From assembly GCA_965217585.1 (NCBI GenBank), contig OZ244561.1, positions 2,528,001 through 2,592,000 of the forward strand: a stretch of 64,000 bases of DNA, read 5' to 3'. A model generated the notes under the pieces. That model had not been told where the DNA came from. It searched no databases and saw only the letters and a list, made by a program, of their open reading frames with translations. A program made the position numbers and the translations under genes. Shown here in pieces: positions 9,629-18,095 of this stretch (position 1 is the first letter of the stretch; each line of letters starts with the position of its first letter). This DNA comes from Candidatus Latescibacterota bacterium. Its GTDB lineage: Bacteria > Latescibacterota > UBA2968 > UBA8231.

Positions 9629-10633
9629 TTATCCACCCGTCACCTCGGCCAAAGCCGCCAAGGCAGTCCGCTCCCGTCCTGCGAGGGCACACAGCCGCGA
9701 CTGAATGCGCGGCAGTACCCTTGTTGCATCCTTGACCGTCCCTTTGAAACACAAATTCTTCACCACAAACCAGCCCTGGGAAATGGACTCAAATTCCCGG
9801 CTGAGGTCACCTAGACGCGGAAGTTGGCAGACCTGAGCAGCATGGTGAAGAAAGCGGCCATGACCTTCGCGGAGCAAGGCGATCTCTAGAAGCAACTCAG
9901 CGCACCGTCCCAAGCGCGCTTTGAGGAACGGCTTTTCGTACTCCGCCCATGCTCCGGCATCCTCGGCTAGTTGCTCAACGCCCTTCAGTCCCACGGCGAG
10001 ATTCGCTTGATCGCTAGACGCGGACATACTGCGCAGGTTGCGTTGCAGAAGGGCGCGGGCGGCTTCGGGCCGCAGGGTAAGCCGTCTCCTCGGCACCTCC
10101 GGCCAGAACCAGTTGTATCGGTCTTGACTCTCTCCGGGAATCGCGCTCACATCCCAACTGGCAAGGAACAATTCGAGCGGGATACTCCGCGCTGAAGGCT
10201 GCCACGGCGAGGGATCGATGAGGTGAACGGTAGCGGCCTCGTCGTCGTACCCAGCGGCGATATACTGGTGGTCTGAATGGCGCAGACGGGGATAGAGGCC
10301 GGCTTGGGCCAGCGGGAACACGTCCAAACTAATGGCCACCGGGGTATCCGCGTCTATTAGCTTTTTCACTTCATCCCACGCGCTTTGCCCATCGTTCGCG
10401 TTGCGGTTGAACAGCGCAATGCCAAAGGCTTTGAGCGTATCGGGCAGGGGCACGACCCGTCCTTGGATAGTGAACCGTTCGCCTTCCTCTCGGCAATAGA
10501 TAAAGTCCCAATGGGAAAAACAGGGCACCGATGGTTCGCATTCATAGAAGCGCAACAGGCTATCCAACACCACATAGACGCAGTTGTAGCGTCGGTGAGT
10601 GCAAAAAGGGATGCCATCAATGTGTTTTTTCAT
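9629..10633 (-). CDS. BtrH-N / C39-like papain-fold cysteine peptidase
   Basis: N-terminal Cys (RYNCVY), helix/strand VKKLIDADTPVAISLDVF, then His and Asp in HSDHQYIAAGYD..VHLIDP, followed by a helical C-terminal domain typical of BtrH-like proteins. Confidence 0.72.
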   Translation of the reverse strand: MKKHIDGIPFCTHRRYNCVYVVLDSLLRFYECEPSVPCFSHWDFIYCREEGERFTIQGRVVPLPDTLKAFGIALFNRNANDGQSAWDEVKKLIDADTPVAISLDVFPLAQAGLYPRLRHSDHQYIAAGYDDEAATVHLIDPSPWQPSARSIPLELFLASWDVSAIPGESQDRYNWFWPEVPRRRLTLRPEAARALLQRNLRSMSASSDQANLAVGLKGVEQLAEDAGAWAEYEKPFLKARLGRCAELLLEIALLREGHGRFLHHAAQVCQLPRLGDLSREFESISQGWFVVKNLCFKGTVKDATRVLPRIQSRLCALAGRERTALAALAEVTGG

Positions 10634-10650
10634 ACAGATGTCTCTAAGGG

Positions 10651-11916
10651 CAGGGCAATCGCATTATAACTGTCCATGTGCCAATAGGTTCGCCAAATAT
10701 TTGTGGTCCCACCCGGCCTTGAGCCGTTTGGTTTGCATGCCGGCTTTGGTCGTTTTGTCTTGCTGGAGTAGATTGAGCGCGATGTGGCGTATAACGGCCA
10801 TATTTTCGGGGCCATGCCCCCGGCGTATGCGGGACTGATCTTCGTTGAAGACGACATCGAGGATCCAGTGTAATGAATTTTCAATGGCCCAAGGACCGCG
10901 CACGGCCTGTCCCAATCGTTGGGCGTTGTTGTCCAGGGTGGAGATATAGTAGCGTCGTTCGACCGAAACGCTATCGCCGCGGTGCCGGGTGGCCTCGACC
11001 ATACCGAACAGGCGTAAGCCCGGCCAGTGAGCATGATCGGCAAAAGCCTCAATCTGGTTGGTGGTCCAGTACTGCCGCGTTTCTCGACGCCCGTGGTTTT
11101 CGTCCTGAGTAAACCAATAATCTACGGTGGGGTCGGCGTGGAGTTTGGAGTCGGAACGGTCAAAGAGTTGTTGAAGATGGGCGTGGAGTTTGGGTTGATT
11201 CTCCTTGACGGCCAGCACGTAGTCGGCCTCTTGTTCGACGACCTGTTCGGCCGTGCTTTTATGACACCCCAAGGCATCGGGGGTGACCAGGCAGCCTTTG
11301 AGGTCTAAAACACGTAATAATTCGGGGATGAGCGCAATTTCTTCGAGGGCTTCTTCACCATGGAATTGCCCCAAGACCAGCCGATTTTTTACCGCCCAAG
11401 CATGCACCCTGTGGATGGCGGCTTGGCCCGAGTCTGTATCGTAGGAGCGGCGCAGTGTCTTGCCATCCAGCGGCACGATCTCGCCCTCGTCGGCCAACAG
11501 GGGCGTCAGCGATTGCACCCAAGCGGTAAAACAGTCTTGGAAATGCCAAGGCGAAATACGGGCCAACACACGACCGAAGGTATCATGCGAGGGGATGCCG
11601 TTCGGCACGGCTAGAAAGGTCTTAAGCCAGTCGGCTTTAGCCCGGCCAAATTCGGCGATCGCCACCCAGTTGTCGGCCCCACAAATGGAGCCGCACACCG
11701 CAATCATGAGAATATCAATCAAGCGATGCGCCCGACAACGCTCCATACGCGGGTCGGGGATATCGGCCAAATAATCCAGCAACCCCGAAGACGATGAGGA
11801 CATGAAGAAACACTCCAGGCAAGAGGGAAATGGGAGGACATGAACCTAAGCTCCATAGAACGGCCAAAAGTAACATAACCGCATGGTAAAAATCAACTTA
11901 TAATGCGATTGCCCTG
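10651..11916 (-). mobile_element. ISAs1-family insertion sequence
   Basis: Perfect 19-bp TIRs CAGGGCAATCGCATTATAA (10651-10669) / TTATAATGCGATTGCCCTG (11898-11916); no target duplication visible. Confidence 0.92.
10664..11803 (-). CDS. ISAs1-family (H-repeat) transposase
   Basis: DPR..RAHRL, GIPSHDTFGRV, DGKTLRRS, YVLAVKENQ, HGRRETR, WAIENSLHWILDVVFNEDQSRIR. Confidence 0.95.
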   Translation of the reverse strand: MSSSSSGLLDYLADIPDPRMERCRAHRLIDILMIAVCGSICGADNWVAIAEFGRAKADWLKTFLAVPNGIPSHDTFGRVLARISPWHFQDCFTAWVQSLTPLLADEGEIVPLDGKTLRRSYDTDSGQAAIHRVHAWAVKNRLVLGQFHGEEALEEIALIPELLRVLDLKGCLVTPDALGCHKSTAEQVVEQEADYVLAVKENQPKLHAHLQQLFDRSDSKLHADPTVDYWFTQDENHGRRETRQYWTTNQIEAFADHAHWPGLRLFGMVEATRHRGDSVSVERRYYISTLDNNAQRLGQAVRGPWAIENSLHWILDVVFNEDQSRIRRGHGPENMAVIRHIALNLLQQDKTTKAGMQTKRLKAGWDHKYLANLLAHGQL

Positions 11917-12159
11917 CTAGTCTAGCTTATAGAAGGGCGCACATTACTCTCTAAAGGGGTCATCAGATATGTGATGACCTTCTACTACCTCTAAAAGCGA
12001 CGCGTCTGTTAATTGGGCGAGCGGTGAATCCTCGAACCCCTCCGTGCTTATCCCGAGGGGAGGGAAATGTCTGAACACTAGTTTGGTAAAAAAGATAACG
12101 GAAAACTGTTCCTTTCCATATATGGGATAATGGCATTGGAGAATAGTATTACGCTCGTT

Positions 12160-13404
12160 CTGATTCCCTGACACTTTTGAAAAAAGGGCTGCTGCCCATA
12201 GATTACGGCCCTCTTTTAACCGACCCCGATCAAAGGAGTGCCTTATGAGCAGCAGCGAACAGGTATATACTCGATTGATGACCACCTTGCAAGCGATAGT
12301 GCCGGTATCGAATCGAAAACAGTTGGCTAACTGGGCTTGGATCGCGGTGGCTATGTTCCAAGCTAAGTCGATTGCCTTGAGCCAGATCGCTGTTTTTCTG
12401 CCGGGCTCGGCCAAAGCCGAGTCGCGGGTGATGCGGTTGCGCCGTTGGCTGTCGAATCGGCAGTGTTCGGTGTGGGCACTGTATCGCCCGCTGCTTATGC
12501 ATGTGTTGGCTCCGTTTAAGAACCGAGCGGTTGATGTGATCTTGGATGGGACGTTGGTGTTCGGCAATCGCATGCAGATTTTTCGCCTGTCGTTGGTACA
12601 TAAGAATCGAGCCATTCCTCTGGTATGGAAGGTCATCCCCGGTAAAGGCAACACGCGCGTGTCGCAACTAGAAGGGATGGTGACCCAAGCCGCTGAAGTG
12701 CTTGACGGGTTGGTTGCGTCGGTGACCTTGCTGGCCGATCGGGGCTTCCGCGATCATCAGTGGGCGGCGTTATGTGTGCAACTCAACTGGCATTACGTCC
12801 TTCGCCTACCGGCCAACACGTGGGTCAACAGGCCCGATGGGACCGCCGGGCGCATCGATCAGTTGGCTATACCCAAAGGCCAGCGCCGCTTTTATCCACA
12901 GATTACACTCACGAAAGAGGCCACGCTGACCTGTTCGCTATCGGTGGGCTGGACCCAACCGACGACCAAGCAACCCGCCGAGTGGATCGCCGTCATCTCC
13001 GATCAACCCGCCGGCCCCGCCCGCCGGCGTGCCTATAGCAAGCGGATGCACATTGAGCAGAGTTTCAAAGAAGATAAATCCGGCGGCTTCGATCTGGATC
13101 ATACCCGCTTGCTCAATCCCCAACGCCTTGAACGCCTGCTGCTGGCGGTGGCGTTGGCCACCTTATGGGCGCACGAGATAGGCGAATAGGTCCTCCGGGG
13201 AGGCCCCGCCCGCCGACAGACTATCGATGCGGGCACCCGGCGCGAACTGAGTGTGTTTCAATTGGGCCTCCGATGGCTCAAACGGTGTATCGCCCTCCAA
13301 CTCCAGCGCTTGCCAGCGTTCAAAGGACGGTTGGCACCCACGGGAATAAAAACTGTTGTTAAAAATAAGACGACCAGCAGAAAGTAAAAGTGTCAGGGAA
13401 TCAG
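12160..13404 (+). mobile_element. IS4-family insertion sequence
   Basis: Perfect 19-bp TIRs CTGATTCCCTGACACTTTT (12160-12178) / AAAAGTGTCAGGGAATCAG (13386-13404) and a 9-bp TSD ACGCTCGTT (12151-12159, 13405-13413). Confidence 0.95.
12245..13387 (+). pseudogene. IS4-family DDE transposase with internal TAG at 13187-13189
   Basis: VILDGT, RAIPLVW, LLADRGF, YSKRMHIEQSFKEDKSGGFDL; the transposase-like frame continues past the stop (..RELSVFQLGLRWL..) to the TAA at the right TIR. Confidence 0.8.
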
Positions 13405-13954
13405 ACGCTCGTTAACAAGCAGGATTAGGGGAGTCTGTTTGAGAAATTCATCTAGTGAAGTGTTGTCTTCTTTTATTATCCCAAACTGATAATCTAACCG
13501 AAAGGCGCGTTTGAACTGCCAAAGCCTTTCCAGAGGAATATCCTTGGAAAGGGCGTATATAGGAAATTCATTGGGATCTGTCAGATTGTCACGTATATGC
13601 TGTAAACCATTCAACACCAACTCAAGACAAGGCTGACACGATTTCGGGTCAAATAATAGCACTAAACCACCCTTCTTCTTGGAAAAATCAGTATATACTG
13701 TATCACCACGATCTGTCTGTATAGAGACTACAGGGAAGTGTTGTCCAATCTTCTTAGTCGAGTTGTAAATGTTGAGCAAAAATGTCTTATTTGTCTGATT
13801 GTTTGCAAGATCAAATAAATAGAGCTTGCCGATCCAAGCCACGGATACCGTTATGCCGATAAGTAATAATACGCTCGTTATACCCAATAACTGGGCAGAG
13901 GTAAGACGTTTCATAGATTGTGTCTCTGTTGTACTCTACATTTACCTCAATAAC

Positions 13955-15252
13955 TTGAATTCGACAGGTAGGTTGATATTTAGGCTCGAACAGGCATCGG
14001 AGTCTCCCTATTTTGGGATAGCTTGATTCACCGCCATGGATCATCTACCCCAGGGAAACTCCGATGCTGAACCTGACTCGCTTGCCTGTGAACCTTCGTT
14101 ATTTTTTGCGTGGGACTCAACATTTTTTTCGTCATCGCCATCATCTGGTGTTCTGTTGGAGTATGACGCTGTTGTTAATCTATCAAGATAAAGCGACGCT
14201 GTGTGGTTTAGCCCGCTTGGGGCCTAACCATATAGCGGAATGGCACTTACGTCGCTTGCTGAGTGCGACCTACTGGAGTTGGCGGTTGCTGTTGGGGTAC
14301 TTGGTTGATGCGGTGATCGCCGGGCTGCCACCGGCGGAAGACGGTCGGGTGTTGGTGATCGTCGACGGGACCTACAAAGCCAAGGTGGCCAAGAAACATC
14401 CGTTGGTGCGCAAAGCCCGCGCCGATGGCTATAGTCCCTTTCTGTGGGGGTTTGAAGTGATCCTGGTCATGCTGCAGTGGGGCAATTATCGAATCCCTAT
14501 CGATTTCGAGTTGGTTCGGCGTAAAGAAGACCCGGCCTATCAGAAGCCCAATGTGTTGTTTCGTCAGATGCTGACCGCCTTGGTACCACCGGCTTGGGCC
14601 CAGCAAGTGATCGTGGTCGCCGATGCCGGGTTTCCCGCTAAAGAAACGCTGCACTTGATCCAGCAACGAGGCTTCTTTTTCGTCATGAGTCTGCCCCGCA
14701 CCTGGAAGTTTGAAGACGGCCATACGCTCAAAGATTGGGTCCATCATACGCGCCATACCTGTTATCGAAAAATCTGGTTTCGTCCGCACGGCTCCCGTCG
14801 GCGGGTCTATTGGGTCTACCGCGGTCGTAAACGCCTGCGACACATCGGAGATGTCACGTTGGTCTTGAGCAAGAAACGGCGCAACGATTCGCCGAAACAA
14901 ACCAAAATCCTGGTGACCAATCTACCGGACGTGACCGCAGGCCAACTCGTCGTGTTGTATACCCGCCGCTGGCACGTGGAACTGCTCATCAAAGAATTGA
15001 AAGGGGCCACCGGATTAGGACAAGCCCAGGTGACCAAGCAGACCCAACGAGTCGAACGCTCCGTCGCGTTGTCCGTTATGGCCTACTTGGTTTTGATCCA
15101 TTTTCGGCAGCGGGATATTCCCCACCAAGGACCGTGGAGTGCGTTTACCCTCAAGCGAAATTTTGCTTGGGAGTGTGCGCGAAAACAGATTGAACATAAC
15201 CAAAAACGAACCTACACAAAGGCCGCCTAAGACAACTACCTGTCGAATTCAA
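13955..15252 (+). mobile_element. IS4/IS701-like insertion sequence
   Basis: 17-bp TIRs TTGAATTCGACAGGTAG (13955-13971) / CTACCTGTCGAATTCAA (15236-15252) flanked by the direct repeat CTCAATAA (13946-13953, 15253-15260); exact end uncertain by 1 bp. Confidence 0.9.
14064..15230 (+). CDS. DDE transposase (IS4/IS701-like)
   Basis: VIVDGT, VVADAGF, ILVTN, YTRRWHVELLIKELKG DDE motifs; lies within TIRs. Confidence 0.9.
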   Translation: MLNLTRLPVNLRYFLRGTQHFFRHRHHLVFCWSMTLLLIYQDKATLCGLARLGPNHIAEWHLRRLLSATYWSWRLLLGYLVDAVIAGLPPAEDGRVLVIVDGTYKAKVAKKHPLVRKARADGYSPFLWGFEVILVMLQWGNYRIPIDFELVRRKEDPAYQKPNVLFRQMLTALVPPAWAQQVIVVADAGFPAKETLHLIQQRGFFFVMSLPRTWKFEDGHTLKDWVHHTRHTCYRKIWFRPHGSRRRVYWVYRGRKRLRHIGDVTLVLSKKRRNDSPKQTKILVTNLPDVTAGQLVVLYTRRWHVELLIKELKGATGLGQAQVTKQTQRVERSVALSVMAYLVLIHFRQRDIPHQGPWSAFTLKRNFAWECARKQIEHNQKRTYTKAA

Positions 15253-15262
15253 CTCAATAAGG

Positions 15263-15300
15263 TTCAGCGGACTCGATTAAAGAAAATCGAGTCCGCTGAA
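15263..15300. terminator. Perfect 16-bp stem-loop downstream of the small peptide gene (terminator or mRNA-stabilising element)
   Basis: TTCAGCGGACTCGATT-aaagaa-AATCGAGTCCGCTGAA; no classical U-tract after it on either strand. Confidence 0.6.
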
Positions 15301-15360
15301 AAAAGACAGGGACTAATCTCAAAAATAAATTAAGATGCCTTTAAAAAGGATGAAGGCCCA

Positions 15361-15585
15361 TCAGTCGCAGTCTACTTTGGTCCACGATCCGCTGTCCCGA
15401 TCCCCTGGAGTGCAATTATGCTTGTTCCCAGAGAAACACTCCCAATTCCAAGCATACCATATTGTAAGACATCCGTTTTCGTAGTCAGAATCAAAATCAT
15501 CTCCTCCTACCCAACGACCTTCGGGACTGTAGGTACAAATGAGATCCGTACGCCTGTACGGGGTCTTCTTGGTAAGATTAACCAT
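15361..15585 (-). CDS. 74-aa Cys/Trp-rich small peptide, candidate precursor
   Basis: AAAGGA RBS 7 nt before ATG; co-oriented between the propeller and redoxin genes; followed by a hairpin; 5 Cys, 5 Trp, GG at residues 27-28. Confidence 0.68.
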   Translation of the reverse strand: MVNLTKKTPYRRTDLICTYSPEGRWVGGDDFDSDYENGCLTIWYAWNWECFSGNKHNCTPGDRDSGSWTKVDCD

Positions 15586-15635
15586 AACGCATTCCTTTCG
15601 TTTGAGGGATTGAGGTGTGTTCCCTGTCTTATAAT

Positions 15636-17006
15636 TTATCTTTTAACGAACAGCTCATATATGTCCACTGTGCCATTGGACTTCTCCGCTGCTTCTACTG
15701 GTGGTGGCCTATAAACATAAATCTGGCTCTTCCAAGATGCTATTCTTCCGCCTATCCCGCTTGCTTTAGCTTTAACTACAGTTCCCTGAGAATCTTTTTT
15801 GATACCTTCAAGAGATTGATATGCAGCACCATTGAGCGAGTATGCCTCAATCAATTCCGACGAATCCGAAGTCACCAAATCATAAAGCGTCCATTCATTT
15901 GGTGACTGTGGTCTCTCACGAGAAGTGTGTGAGATTAATAGGTAACGATCATCTATCAGGACCATGCTAGTCGCCCGATTGATTCCACTCATTATTAGGG
16001 AGAAATCGCCCCGATCTGTTGATCCACAGTCTAGGCCGTGGTACTCCCTCGATAAGAATTTGAAATCTGGCTGCTGCTTCTCAAGGGTGAAGACGTTATA
16101 ACTAGGCACAAGAGCACCGAATTGCCGCAGGAGATCACCGGTGGAGGCATCGATCTCTTTTACCATGTAGTCATTGGCCTCCAGATAATACAGACGATTT
16201 TGCATAGTATTATAGCGTAGTTGAGCAGGGTTACGTAGGTAGCATGAAATGATCTGATCTGTCTTACTAGAGAGAGGTATGGTATATTCTACTGCCCTAT
16301 TGAGGCCAGTAATTTTCTGTATCTGTATGATAGATCCACCATGTTTATTCTCCATAACGATCAGTGCATCATCTCGGTTGATCAACAAGCCTCTACATCC
16401 AACCCAGCTCATCTTATCATCAAGGTACTGACCTTGTCGATTATAATGCAATAATTGGCCGTATATAGGATCCATGATATAGACATCTCCCTTGGAATCC
16501 ATAGCCATCGCCTCAGCACCCCCATATTCCCCAGGCCCCTTCCCAGTGCGTCCGAAAGACCGGATATATTTGCCATCGTTCAGGCTGAACTCGTGCGCCC
16601 TACGAGATATCCGATCTGTAAGGAGTAAGGAACTATCAGGAGTAATGCCCATCCAGCGTATCCTGCCAATACCCGGAACTGCCTTATCAAATACCAATTC
16701 GACTGTACGCTTGAGTTCAAGGCCCATCTCCCCGGCATATTCTACAGGCACTTTGGGAATACTCGACTCGTCTAGCTGCTCCTGCGCCGCAACAGACTTG
16801 ACCCCGCCATAGCCTGCTATCACCCACGTAATGAGCATGGCCCTGAAGAAGATCAAGACGTTATTAAAGGTGAAAGTACTGGAGATCATGAACCGACTCT
16901 TTCTCAATGTTACAGGTGCTCGCGGAATCCAAACCGCTATCGGCAGGAATACCCTTCGCAGATTAAAGATAGCCACCGATTCGGTGTGCTTATATAGAGA
17001 GAACAT
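15636..17006 (-). CDS. 6-bladed beta-propeller protein (NHL/DUF5128-like), probably exported
   Basis: AAGGAGG RBS before ATG 17006; hydrophobic segment ending VAA-QEQ; hallmark GKYIRSFGRTGKGPGEY and DSKGDVYIMD..YNRQGQYL blades. Confidence 0.82.
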   Translation of the reverse strand: MFSLYKHTESVAIFNLRRVFLPIAVWIPRAPVTLRKSRFMISSTFTFNNVLIFFRAMLITWVIAGYGGVKSVAAQEQLDESSIPKVPVEYAGEMGLELKRTVELVFDKAVPGIGRIRWMGITPDSSLLLTDRISRRAHEFSLNDGKYIRSFGRTGKGPGEYGGAEAMAMDSKGDVYIMDPIYGQLLHYNRQGQYLDDKMSWVGCRGLLINRDDALIVMENKHGGSIIQIQKITGLNRAVEYTIPLSSKTDQIISCYLRNPAQLRYNTMQNRLYYLEANDYMVKEIDASTGDLLRQFGALVPSYNVFTLEKQQPDFKFLSREYHGLDCGSTDRGDFSLIMSGINRATSMVLIDDRYLLISHTSRERPQSPNEWTLYDLVTSDSSELIEAYSLNGAAYQSLEGIKKDSQGTVVKAKASGIGGRIASWKSQIYVYRPPPVEAAEKSNGTVDIYELFVKR

Positions 17007-17061
17007 CTTATTTCCTCCTTCAGAAAAGCTGATTTTGCGACCCAAGCGTCCCGGAGCCTCC

Positions 17062-17706
17062 CTACTCCAGCGACACAATTCCTTCTCTGATCGCGTATTT
17101 GGTCAACTCAGCCACCCCGTTCATGCCGAGCTTCTTCATGAGATTCTGGCGATGATTGCCCACAGTTTTCTCGCTCACTACGAGTTGATCGGCTATTTGC
17201 GGGGTCGTTTTTCCCTCGGCGATAAGCTGCAGCACCTCTCGCTCGCGGGATGTCAGGAGGGGCGAGGCGGCACCATCGGCGAGGCGTTGCGCGTAATCGG
17301 CGATGAGAGGGTCAATCAATTGCGGGCTCACGTACTTGCGGCCGGCCTGTACCTCCCGGATCGCTTCCACCACCTCACGGGCCGCCGCCTCTTTCAGCAC
17401 ATAGCCCAAAGCCCCCACCTGCAACATGGCGGCCACAAAGCGCTGGTCCGAGCGCGACGACAGCGCCACCACCTTCACGCTCGGCTCCCTATCCCGTATC
17501 TGCCGAGTCGCCTCAATGCCATTCAAGTCGGGCAGGCCAATATCCATGACCACAATGTGGGGTAGGTGCTTGAAGACCAAGGCGACGGCTGTACGGCCGG
17601 CCCCGGCCTCGGCGACTACCTCAATATCGCTTTCTTTCTCACACAGCGAACACACCCCTTGGCGCGTAACTTCGTGATCGTCCACAAGCAAGACCCGCGT
17701 ACTCAT
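17062..17706 (-). CDS. NarL/FixJ-family response regulator (REC + LuxR HTH)
   Basis: VLLVDDH, VVMDIGLPDLNG, GYVLK, LTSREREVLQLIAEGKTT..IA..L.VSEKTV..HRQNLMKKL; no adjacent kinase. Confidence 0.95.
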   Translation of the reverse strand: MSTRVLLVDDHEVTRQGVCSLCEKESDIEVVAEAGAGRTAVALVFKHLPHIVVMDIGLPDLNGIEATRQIRDREPSVKVVALSSRSDQRFVAAMLQVGALGYVLKEAAAREVVEAIREVQAGRKYVSPQLIDPLIADYAQRLADGAASPLLTSREREVLQLIAEGKTTPQIADQLVVSEKTVGNHRQNLMKKLGMNGVAELTKYAIREGIVSLE

Positions 17707-18095
17707 ATAAACCGACTCTTTCTATGGGAATATGGCTCGTGGGAAACGCCGCGACCTATTCACAGCATTTGGCACGGACCTTGAGGAGGAACACCGGCTA
17801 GCCGTTCCGAAGAGGCCGCAAACATAACGGGTATTCATACGTTGTCAAAACAGAAATTCAAGAACACCGGCCATTCAGACGCCATCTTGACGGTCAATGG
17901 GTTTTAGCTACATGTTGCGTACGGACGGCTTGCCGCCATCGGCGAGGCGTTGCGCATAAGTCGAGCCGATCTAGCCCCAAGGTCTTTCGGCCGGGACTTT
18001 GCAGGCTAGCCCCTGTGCTCTATAATAAGGCCGTCCATAAGGGAGAGGACGATTAGTGTTGCTGCGATCTGATATACAGAAACAGAGGTAGCCCA

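Larger units (their letters stand above)
11944..13914 (-). pseudogene. Membrane-anchored thioredoxin-fold (TlpA/redoxin-like, CQPC) protein split by an IS4-family element
   Basis: 5' part 13914-13405 (TM helix, LLFDPKSCQPCL, TPLILLVNER) joins in frame to 12150-11944 (NTILQCHYPIY...DPFRE*) once the IS and one TSD copy are removed, giving 238 aa. Confidence 0.82.

Noticed and set aside
11944-12654. 236-aa minus-strand ORF in the track
   Set aside because: Chimera: antisense IS4 sequence fused to the true 3' half of the redoxin gene.
15436-15462. WNW motif in the peptide resembling darobactin/cyclophane RiPP cores
   Set aside because: No radical SAM or P450 gene in the window and the surrounding residues do not match; a three-residue match is uninformative.
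17770-17784. Sigma-54-like TGGCAC-N5-TTGA
   Set aside because: Lacks the conserved -12 GC, points away from the regulator operon and is >300 bp from the next plus-strand gene.
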